Part shown: positions 28,748 through 36,947 of the stretch, piece after piece
Layout of the letters: every line of letters starts with the position of its first letter
Position numbering within the stretch: the stretch's first letter is position 1
Assembly (NCBI GenBank): GCA_964632025.1
Contig: CAZWAW010000001.1
Location: 6,519-70,518 of the forward strand
From: an uncultured Sporosarcina sp.
GTDB taxonomy: Bacteria; Bacillota; Bacilli; Bacillales_A; Planococcaceae
DNA length: 64,000 nucleotides
Reading direction: 5' to 3'
Made by a program: the position numbers and the translations under genes
Notes under the pieces: generated by a model
What the model was told of the DNA's origin: nothing
The model's database searches: none
The model's input: only the letters and a program-made list of their open reading frames with translations

Positions 28748-28905
28748 ATTGTCCGAATATAGGGCTAGATATGCGGTCCCTTTAAATTAGGATAATTGTC
28801 AGCCCTTATTAGTATTTGGACCAATTGATTGTTTGTATACATTTTTCCTGAATACAGTGTCATACTTATTTAATAGAACCTATTTACGAAAGGAAGGCAT
28901 GCTTA

Positions 28906-31900
28906 ATGGGACATAAAACAACCATAAATGAGACGGTGCGATGTGGGCTTGAAATTACGGCTAACGCACGCAAAGAACTCATGAAATGGTCAAAAGATGA
29001 GCACGCCTTTTTTTCGATGCAGGTTGCCTTCGATGTACATATTGAAAAGCGCCCAACTAATAAACAAGGCAATATGTCGTTTTCGCTGTTCTTCGATAAT
29101 GGCTCGAATGAAGTCTTAGCTAAACGTTTAGACAATAGAATAGCCGTAATGGAATGTGTTTATCAAAATGATGGTTTTCTAGCAACAGGTTTTCACGTAA
29201 GGGGACGCAGAGAGCCCGTACAGACGAATAGACGTCTTCCTGTACGGTTAAAGTTTCTTGTGGGCCGTAGCACTGGCGTCGCGATGCCAATCGGGTTGTA
29301 CACAAGCATCCGGGAATTGCCAATTGCACAAGAACGCTCTGAGTATGTAAAGAAGAGAATTGCCAGCTGGGAAGGTTATTTACGTATACAAGAAAGCAAT
29401 GCGGATGTCGCAGATTTGACAGCGGCTTTTTCAATGGCCAGTTTTAATGAAGATTTCAGTAAATTAAGTATTGTTTGTAGTGGAATAAAAGGAAATGAAT
29501 GGAATACAGTTAAAGGGTTTAGTGCCAAGATGAAAGGGCTACCGAATGACATTGGTAGCGTTATAAATACAGATAGGTCTAAGAAAGTTATTGAAATCGA
29601 ATTGAGTCGGAATTATAAAGAGCTGGCTAGGCGAAATGAATGGCAGCCTAAATCTTTTAAGGAAGTCGTGTTCAGTAACTTTGCCGAACTTAGCCAAGTA
29701 AAAAGACTTAGGAAAGGTTTTAAAGATCTTCAAGATGGCCTTGCAGCCAATGCGAACTTAGAAAAGGTTCTTTTTGAGGAGCGGCCCGTTGTACGCATTT
29801 CGAAAAAACAGCAAGAACTTGTTTTTCATAACGAGTTAAATGAATACCAACAAGAAGCTGTAACTGGCGCAATGACATCAAATGATCTGTACGTGATTCA
29901 GGGTCCTCCAGGGACTGGAAAGACGACGGTTATCTCTGAGATATGTCATCAAAATGTCAAGGCAGGGTTGCGTACGCTTGTCGCCTCACAAGCAAATCTA
30001 GCAGTGGACAATGCACTCGGAAGATTGTTAGCCCATCAAGATATTCGAATATTACGGTATGGTCGAACAGATAGCATTGAAGAAGAAGGAAAAAAGTTTA
30101 TTGAAGAAAATGTAGCATTGAACTGGAAAAACGAAACGTTAGAAGCTGTGAATAATCAACTTCAGTCAAATTCGATTAAAGAGCAGCAACTCAAAGATGA
30201 TCTAGCTAGTTGTAAAGTACGATTGGAAAAACTTCAACTTGAATTGCTGTCAATAGATGAAAAGGTAAAGCAAAAAAAAGAGGCTGAAGCGCAACATCTT
30301 ATCCTTGTTAGTGAAATCGTGAAGCTCGGTAAAAAAGCAGTGATTTATAAAAAAGAACGCGAGGAACTAGTAGAAAAAGAGGCTGTGTTGAACCAACTAG
30401 CCGATGCCTTAATCGTGGAAATCAATCGACTTGAACAAATCATACAAATAGAAAACATAAGTCCAGAGACCATAGATCAGATGGAGAAATTAGAACCTCA
30501 AATAGAGAAAATACGTCATTACATAAGCTATCGTCAAACAATACAAATGATTGACGAGACAGAAAATGCTATCGCAATTATAGGTAAAGAACTTGAATTA
30601 AAAAGTAATAAAATCGATACGATTCATGTGTTTGTGAAACAGCTAGATTCAATAACCAAAATTGATTTATTAAAAAATCGGTTAGAATTTTTCGGAATTG
30701 TGCCGACATTTAATATGAATTGGAAAATGACCGAACTAAATAAGGTGATTGATTCAATTAAATCAGACACGTCTAGCGACGAATGCAGTGATTGGCAAGA
30801 ACTACAAAATCGACTATTAGCCGCTATTGAGATGATAGAGCGTTTGTTGAAAGACCATGGTTTCCTACCAAATGCAGTTAAAAGAACTGCAAATCAAAAA
30901 TATAGTTCAGTAAAAGATATTCATGGGCTTATTAATCGTGTTGGTAAGTTTTTAATTGATCCTTCGACTAAAAGTAGTCTTGAAACGAGAAATTATTCGG
31001 CTCAAAAATATGACAATCTCGATAAAATAGCCATTGCTTTGGAAATGTTACGTGAAAGAAAGAATTATGTGCAGACACAGCGCGGAAACTTAGAAAAACA
31101 AAATCAAATCAGGTTGGATGCCAAAAAAATGTTTGCAGATATTAAGACAGAAATAATCGATCACACTCATCAATTCATAACAGAAATAGAACAGGAAAGA
31201 AGCGCAATACAGCGCAATGCAGAAAGTCACCAAATAACGCTAAATGACCTCCGGCGAACAGCTGAAAAATTACAAAAAGAGGTAGAAACTGTCGATGTAA
31301 CAGTATCACTCAGTGAAGTGAAAATACAATTGCAGCAAAAAGAACAAGTCTATTCCGATTATATAGATAAGAAGGCATCGCTTAATCAATATACCTATGA
31401 GCTGGAAACCAAAAAAAGCGATGTCGACGTTAATGCTCAAAAATTGCAGAACAATAGAGCTACACTTCAAGCCATTAGCGATGAACTTGAATTGGTAAAT
31501 GAAGAGCGTCTTAAACATGAAAGACTACTAGTGCCCCTGGTGGAATTATTGGACCAGAATCCCGAAGAACAGCGTCAACAAGCGCAAGCTTCTATCATGG
31601 CTTTATCGAAAAGTATGAAGAAACTTAAAATAGATAAAGAGCGTTTACCTATCAGCCATTCACTCCAACAAGAATGGAGGACACTACTCACAGAAGCGAA
31701 TGAATATGATCTTGACGAAATTCGGAAAATGTATGTGCAACATGCGAATGTCATTGGGACAACTTGTGTCGCGTCTGCGAGACGTGATTTCATGGAGGAG
31801 TATCCGACATTCGATGTGGTCATTATCGATGAGGTTTCTAAAGCAACACCTCCCGAATTGTTACTGCCAATGTTAAAAGGGAAAAAGATTATTTTAGTTG

Positions 31901-32766
31901 GGGATCATCATCAGTTACCGCCACTTATGGGGCAAGATACATTAGAGGAATTGCTTGAGGAAAGTGACAATAATGAAGAAAAAAATGAACTAGAAAAACT
32001 GTTGAAAGAATCACTATTTGAACGTCTTTTTAGAACATTGCCGAAGCAAAACAAAACGATGCTCGCCATCCAGTACCGGATGCATGAAAGCATCATGGAA
32101 ACAATTACGCCTTTTTACAAAGAAGGAAATTATGGTCTTCAGTGTGGTTTAACGGACTCTGATTCTGTTCGTGATCATTTGATTGAATCCCGCTATGTGC
32201 AACGAAATGATCATCTTCTCTGGTTTGACATGCCGAATGAACCGAAGTATTTCGAGGAGAAGGTTAAAGGGGGAACAAGTCGCTTTAATCAAGCTGAATT
32301 GACGATGATTAAAAACCTCTTGATGGATTTAGATAAGGCAACTGAAAATGCGAAGAATGCTGGAAGAATGAAGCAAGAAGACAAAAAAAGTGTTGGTGTA
32401 ATAAGCTTCTATGGTGAACAGGTAAAAAGGGTAGATCGGTTGATTCAGCAAGAACTAATCCCGCAGCATTTACATTGCAGAACGGGATCAGTAGACAAGT
32501 TTCAAGGCATGGAAATGGACATCATTATTTTAAGTTTCGTTCGGAATCACCAAGATAAGGGGGGAGACATCGGATTTGCGAGGGACTACAGACGTCTAAA
32601 TGTTGCTTTGTCGCGTGCACGTGAGTTGCTCATAATCGTGGGGAGTTCGGGTATGTTCACGATGAGAACAAAACATCCAAGTTCCAGGGAAATGTATGGC
32701 CGTCTTTTAGAAAGCATCAAGTTGAAAAACGGATTTAGAAATCTTGAAGGTGCTGTTAAATCGTGA
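28906..32766 (+). CDS. Upf1/DNA2-like superfamily 1B helicase (AAA_11/AAA_12 type) with ~320-aa unknown N-terminal domain and ~530-aa coiled-coil insertion
   Basis: 1,286 aa. RBS AGGAAGG lies 8 nt before ATG 28906. Motifs: I GPPGTGKT (aa 333-340, nt 29902-29925); Ia TLVASQANLAVDNAL; II IIDEVSKA (DE at aa 975-976, nt 31828-31833); III ILVGDHHQLPP; IV AIQYRMH; V DKFQGMEMDIIILS; VI RRLNVALSRARELLIIVG. Aa ~400-930 between Ia and II are heptad-rich and charged (coiled coil). Confidence 0.9.
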   Translation: MGHKTTINETVRCGLEITANARKELMKWSKDEHAFFSMQVAFDVHIEKRPTNKQGNMSFSLFFDNGSNEVLAKRLDNRIAVMECVYQNDGFLATGFHVRGRREPVQTNRRLPVRLKFLVGRSTGVAMPIGLYTSIRELPIAQERSEYVKKRIASWEGYLRIQESNADVADLTAAFSMASFNEDFSKLSIVCSGIKGNEWNTVKGFSAKMKGLPNDIGSVINTDRSKKVIEIELSRNYKELARRNEWQPKSFKEVVFSNFAELSQVKRLRKGFKDLQDGLAANANLEKVLFEERPVVRISKKQQELVFHNELNEYQQEAVTGAMTSNDLYVIQGPPGTGKTTVISEICHQNVKAGLRTLVASQANLAVDNALGRLLAHQDIRILRYGRTDSIEEEGKKFIEENVALNWKNETLEAVNNQLQSNSIKEQQLKDDLASCKVRLEKLQLELLSIDEKVKQKKEAEAQHLILVSEIVKLGKKAVIYKKEREELVEKEAVLNQLADALIVEINRLEQIIQIENISPETIDQMEKLEPQIEKIRHYISYRQTIQMIDETENAIAIIGKELELKSNKIDTIHVFVKQLDSITKIDLLKNRLEFFGIVPTFNMNWKMTELNKVIDSIKSDTSSDECSDWQELQNRLLAAIEMIERLLKDHGFLPNAVKRTANQKYSSVKDIHGLINRVGKFLIDPSTKSSLETRNYSAQKYDNLDKIAIALEMLRERKNYVQTQRGNLEKQNQIRLDAKKMFADIKTEIIDHTHQFITEIEQERSAIQRNAESHQITLNDLRRTAEKLQKEVETVDVTVSLSEVKIQLQQKEQVYSDYIDKKASLNQYTYELETKKSDVDVNAQKLQNNRATLQAISDELELVNEERLKHERLLVPLVELLDQNPEEQRQQAQASIMALSKSMKKLKIDKERLPISHSLQQEWRTLLTEANEYDLDEIRKMYVQHANVIGTTCVASARRDFMEEYPTFDVVIIDEVSKATPPELLLPMLKGKKIILVGDHHQLPPLMGQDTLEELLEESDNNEEKNELEKLLKESLFERLFRTLPKQNKTMLAIQYRMHESIMETITPFYKEGNYGLQCGLTDSDSVRDHLIESRYVQRNDHLLWFDMPNEPKYFEEKVKGGTSRFNQAELTMIKNLLMDLDKATENAKNAGRMKQEDKKSVGVISFYGEQVKRVDRLIQQELIPQHLHCRTGSVDKFQGMEMDIIILSFVRNHQDKGGDIGFARDYRRLNVALSRARELLIIVGSSGMFTMRTKHPSSREMYGRLLESIKLKNGFRNLEGAVKS

Positions 32767-32786
32767 TTTGTAGGGAGGTCCCTGTT

Positions 32787-33542
32787 TTGAATGACTTAAA
32801 AGGAAGGTTAACGAAAGAACTGCAACAGGATTTTAATGTGAAAATAATGGGCTCTCTGTCATGGAGTTTACCTGTTAATTCAATCGAGATTGTATACCAG
32901 ACCGTTATGCGAACGAAAGTGGATATTCTTATGAAAATGATGTTGATTGCATTTGGAAAAGCCGATATTGCAACTGCTGAAGAGTTGAGTGACATTCTTC
33001 TCGTCGAACAGCTCTTTATCAATGATTTGATTGATAAAATGTCGAGAACTGGTGTAATCGAAAAAAGAGAAGGGTTTTACTCTTTAACAGAAGTTGGGGT
33101 CCGGCAGTTTAAAACAGGTATTTTTGTACATGAACCAGAAATAGGCTCAAGGCAGGCGCTTTTCAGTCCGTACCATGAATCTTTTTTGTATGGAGAAATT
33201 AAGAATATTGCGTATGAAGAGATGGAACTTTATCGTTTTAAAAGCGAATTGGATGATTGGACTGTAGCGACGCTGGAGGATTCGATTCTAATTGATGCGC
33301 TTAAGACGATGGGCATAGAATCAGGTGAAGGAAACGTTCAGATTGTTGTGTCCGAAATTGTAACTGCTTCTGACAATCAAGTCGACTTGGTTCCGTGTAT
33401 TGAATTTCATCTGTATAACGAGGCAGAGGATTTACTCTATGCAAGGGTGTGGAATACGCTGTCTGAACAATGGGATGAAACGCTCGAAGCACAATTGAAT
33501 GAAAAAGAACGGAAGAAGTGGCGGGGAATTTATTTGTTATGA
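32787..33542 (+). CDS. winged-helix (MarR/PadR-like) domain protein of unknown function, helicase partner
   Basis: The frame is open from GTG 32763, which overlaps the helicase stop (GTGA). The better start is TTG 32787, 8 nt after GGGAGG (32773-32778). A wHTH-like segment is DIATAEELSDILLVEQLFINDLIDKMSRTGVIEKREGFYSLTEVG. I cannot assign the acidic C-terminal ~140 aa. Confidence 0.7.
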   Translation: MNDLKGRLTKELQQDFNVKIMGSLSWSLPVNSIEIVYQTVMRTKVDILMKMMLIAFGKADIATAEELSDILLVEQLFINDLIDKMSRTGVIEKREGFYSLTEVGVRQFKTGIFVHEPEIGSRQALFSPYHESFLYGEIKNIAYEEMELYRFKSELDDWTVATLEDSILIDALKTMGIESGEGNVQIVVSEIVTASDNQVDLVPCIEFHLYNEAEDLLYARVWNTLSEQWDETLEAQLNEKERKKWRGIYLL

Positions 33543-33660
33543 CCATTTGAAATGATTATAGATATGTTGGAATTAAGAATCCTCTTAAATTCGCTACGGC
33601 ATCTTTGCTTAGTCAAAATTAGGTATGCATATCTTGCACATACATAGATATCAAAGTTAA

Positions 33661-33699
33661 AACGGGAGACTCCTTTGCTTGAGGAAATCTCCCGTTTTT
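33661..33699 (+). terminator. rho-independent terminator of the helicase operon
   Basis: Stem acgggaga/tctcccgt with an internally paired loop, followed by ttttt. It lies 120 nt after the partner-gene stop. Confidence 0.7.
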
Positions 33700-33924
33700 A
33701 ATTGTGCAAACTATTTGAAGAAATGCTAGATACACGACCTCTGAAATTGGTCATATGTGAGTGGATAGGATCAGACACTTGGGTTAGAGTTGATTTCAAA
33801 ACAAATTAAGATAGTTTTTTCGAAAAAGTTATGAAGTTAGGGGAAAAAGAGTATATTGGCTAAATTCACTATATTTAAGTGAGCGGAGGAGGATTTACCT
33901 GCGGCATCGCTAAATGGTGAGTGT

Positions 33925-33977
33925 AAAAAAAACAAAGTGTGCTGTATGAATTACTAACTCATGCAGCACACTTTTTA
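33925..33977. terminator. bidirectional terminator-like hairpin
   Basis: 16-bp stem aaagtgtgctgtatga/tcatgcagcacacttt with one mismatch, flanked by an A8 run upstream and T5 downstream. Confidence 0.5.
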
Positions 33978-34229
33978 TTGAAATCTTTAATTCGTTTTAT
34001 AATAATGAATCTACCCAGTACAATATCCCAGCTTTATTGGCATAATTACAAATACAAAAGTCTACCCTAAGCCATGTATTATATGGAGTAAAAAGAACGA
34101 GTGTTTGTAAGTCGAGTGGTAGCCGATGTGTGTCTCTGGGTATTTATTAATTCAGTACGTATGACAAAGTATTGCGACGGCTTAAAAAAGGTAGGTTCTT
34201 TTTTCTTTAGAAGTGAATGAGTAGTACAT

Positions 34230-34883
34230 CTACTTACTTGAATTTAGAATAATCTCCGTTATATAGTCCATCGTGATTTTCGAAGCCTTTTCGACTTCAT
34301 GGGTCGTTCGGTTATTTAATAAGTTAGTGAGCATACCTTGCCAAATTAGAATCGTCATTTCGTTGACCTTATCAATGTCAGCATTATCGATGAAACCCTC
34401 ATTTGCAGCAATTTCCAAAATGGACCGACCCCTTTTTGACACACTCCGTTCAAATAAAATGACTTTTAGTTCTTCTGGAAAATTAATCAGATCACTAGGG
34501 TAAATCTCGTAGTAATCTGCCAAGAGCTTTTCAGGATGATTACCTAAATCCATTATAAATACGGCATGAAAGATTTGCGGCTGTTGAAAGGAGTGCTTAC
34601 AAAAACATTCCCAAGAGAGTATGTATTTTTCCAATGGATTTCTCCCTTTTTCAATAGCGCTTCCCACGTCATCCGTATACGTTTTAAGGAACTTCATGGA
34701 AGCGAAAAATATCAAATGTGAAATCTCCGTAAAATAATTGTAAATCGTTGCACTGTTATAGCCCGCCCGATCGGCTACTTTTCGGATTGTGACATTTTCA
34801 ATCCCTTCTTCTTCAATTATTTCCGCTGTCGCATCAACAAAATATTTCCACATCCGGCTTCTTTGAATCTTCTTATTCCCCAT
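34230..34883 (-). CDS. TetR family transcriptional regulator (BetI-like context)
   Basis: 217 aa with the TetR HTH (IRKVADRAGYNSATIYNYF). It is divergent from the BCCT transporter gene. Confidence 0.85.
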   Translation of the reverse strand: MGNKKIQRSRMWKYFVDATAEIIEEEGIENVTIRKVADRAGYNSATIYNYFTEISHLIFFASMKFLKTYTDDVGSAIEKGRNPLEKYILSWECFCKHSFQQPQIFHAVFIMDLGNHPEKLLADYYEIYPSDLINFPEELKVILFERSVSKRGRSILEIAANEGFIDNADIDKVNEMTILIWQGMLTNLLNNRTTHEVEKASKITMDYITEIILNSSK

Positions 34884-35022
34884 CTATAAACACTCCTATA
34901 ATCTACATATTGTCAACTTTTTTTACATGAGTATGCCTAGTATACATTATCTACTAAAAAAAAAGACGATATTTAGATTGTTCTATGTTTTCCGATGTGC
35001 TAATATAATCAATATAAATAAA

Positions 35023-35034
35023 TAATCATGATTA
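35023..35034. promoter_or_regulatory. 12-bp perfect palindrome, candidate TetR operator
   Basis: TAATCATGATTA lies just downstream of an extended -10-like element, tgcTAATATaat (~34998-35009), in the TetR/BCCT divergent region. Confidence 0.3.
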
Positions 35035-35376
35035 GTTTTACTAGTCTGGTTTAAAAATACGCCTGGATATAAGTACATGTTTATCCTTCAAGAACAAGCA
35101 GTTTTATCTACATATCAGGGATTGGCGGTGGCAAGGAAATTATATGGAAATAGGATTCCCCTTAAATACTCGGTAAGTTCAATTAGCAATCGACTGAAGG
35201 GTAGAAACCCGAACTGATTGAAATTATCTGTGAACAGAAAAGTATGATTTATGGATGAGAGAAGAACTGGTGAATGATTACCAATTTTTTTCTTTACTGA
35301 AAGCGTTACCACTTAAAAGAAGTAGCTATAAATCATGGATTTTAACAAATTGAATTAGAAAAAGGGGATTGGAAGT

Positions 35377-36879
35377 ATGGGGAAAGTTCGAATTGATCCA
35401 TTTGTATTCTGGACATCAATCGTCGTTATTTTTGCGGCAACTGTGTTATTAGTGTTAAACCGAGGAACAGCGGAACCGTATTTAGATAAGTTAATGACTT
35501 CCATTACCTATAAAATGGACTGGGCATTTCAGTTTTTAACAATCGGATTATTTATACTACTGATTTATTTAGCATTTAGCCGTTTTGGGAAAATCAAATT
35601 GGGTGAAGGCAAGCCCGAATTCTCCACATTCAGCTGGGGGACAATGTTGTTCACAGCAGGCATGGGGACAAGTATTATGTATTGGTCGATGTTGGAACCG
35701 ATTTATTATTTCATGGGACCACCTTTCGGAATTGAGCCTGAGAGTAGTGAAGCGGCAGAGTGGGCATTGACGTATGGCTTATTCCATTGGGGAATATCAG
35801 CATGGGCACTTTATGCGTTCCCGACAGTTGTCATAGCTTACTCGTATTTTGTTCGAAAACGTCCTTCGTTAAAAATGAGCACTGCACTTAGTGGGGTTCT
35901 CGGAAAATATGCAGACGGCAAGATTGCAAAATTAATTGATGTGCTGGTAATTTGGAGTTTGGTCGGAGGTCTTGGTACATCACTTGGACTTGGTGTTCCA
36001 ATGGTTTCGGCAGTTGTCGCTAGCATTTTTGGGCTCGATAAATCATTGATGCTCGACACCATTATAGTGATCAGTATTACAATCATCTACTCTGCCAGTG
36101 CTTATATGGGACTGCATAAAGGAATTAAACGATTGAGTGACATAAACGTCTTCCTTGCATTGGCACTTGCGGTTTTCGTCTTCATTGCAGGACCGACTTT
36201 GTTCATCTTGACGTATTTTACCAACAGTTTCGGCATGATGATTCAAAACTTTTCGATGATGAGCTTTTATACAGATCCAATTAGCAAAGGTGGATTCCCA
36301 CAGGCTTGGACAGTCTTCTATTGGGCTTGGTTTGCTGCCACGGCTCCATTCATGGGCTTGTTTGTTGCACGAATTTCCAAAGGACGCACGATTCGCCAAC
36401 TTATTACACATATGCTGTTATGGGGATCAATCGGCGGGTGGACTTACTTTGCGGTTTTCGGCGGATACACGATGAATTTACAATTAGATAACATTCTTCC
36501 GGTAAAAGATATTCTATCTGATAGCGGAGGTCCAGCGGCAGTTGTTGAAATCTTGAAGTCATTGCCACTCAGCTACATTGTGTTACCATTCTTTGTGGTG
36601 TTGGCAGTAATTTTCCTTTCCACCTCACTTGATTCTGCGACCTATATCCTTGCGGCAATTGCGACGAAGGAAATAAAGGATGGACAAGAACCTGCAAGAT
36701 GGCATCGTATGGTATGGGGTGCAATCCTTGCAGTGCTGTCGGTAACCTTACTACTTGTAGGAGGATTACGTGTCATTCAAACTTCTGCCGTCATTGTATC
36801 CGTACCGATATTTGTTATTTATTTATTGTTAATCATTTCGTTCTTCAAATGGTTAAAGCAGGATTTTCCAACTAAATAA
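35377..36879 (+). CDS. BCCT family (betaine/carnitine/choline) transporter
   Basis: 500 aa with the BCCT signature tryptophan box (AWTVFYWAWFAATAPFMGLFVARISKGRTIRQ). Confidence 0.9.
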   Translation: MGKVRIDPFVFWTSIVVIFAATVLLVLNRGTAEPYLDKLMTSITYKMDWAFQFLTIGLFILLIYLAFSRFGKIKLGEGKPEFSTFSWGTMLFTAGMGTSIMYWSMLEPIYYFMGPPFGIEPESSEAAEWALTYGLFHWGISAWALYAFPTVVIAYSYFVRKRPSLKMSTALSGVLGKYADGKIAKLIDVLVIWSLVGGLGTSLGLGVPMVSAVVASIFGLDKSLMLDTIIVISITIIYSASAYMGLHKGIKRLSDINVFLALALAVFVFIAGPTLFILTYFTNSFGMMIQNFSMMSFYTDPISKGGFPQAWTVFYWAWFAATAPFMGLFVARISKGRTIRQLITHMLLWGSIGGWTYFAVFGGYTMNLQLDNILPVKDILSDSGGPAAVVEILKSLPLSYIVLPFFVVLAVIFLSTSLDSATYILAAIATKEIKDGQEPARWHRMVWGAILAVLSVTLLLVGGLRVIQTSAVIVSVPIFVIYLLLIISFFKWLKQDFPTK

Positions 36880-36947
36880 ATCTAGTTCAACTAAGAAGAG
36901 CTTCATTTGCACGCTAGGTTTTCAAATTATTACTTGGAGGTAATTAC

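Noticed and set aside
28906-29865. PD-(D/E)xK, HKD/PLD, HNH or NERD nuclease motif in the helicase N-terminal domain
   Set aside because: Candidate strings (FDVHIEKR, GHKTTINE) do not fit the spacing of the respective catalytic motifs. No nuclease call is made without a profile search.
29120-32096. Antisense ORFs of 61-104 aa inside the helicase gene (29120-29434, 29539-29733, 31306-31518, 31575-31823, 31911-32096) as hidden partner genes
   Set aside because: They have no RBS, their translations are low-complexity or Ser/Leu/Phe-rich as expected opposite a Lys/Glu-rich coiled-coil coding region, and they do not tile into an operon.
27000-34300. The helicase operon as cargo of a recognisable mobile element or prophage
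   Set aside because: There is no integrase, transposase, recombinase, tRNA attachment site or long direct repeat in the flanks. Only small local repeats were seen, and composition looks like the surrounding DNA by eye. Horizontal origin cannot be shown from this window.
35115-35312. 65-aa minus-strand ORF in the TetR/BCCT intergenic region
   Set aside because: It has no RBS, no recognisable motif, and lies in a probable 5' leader.
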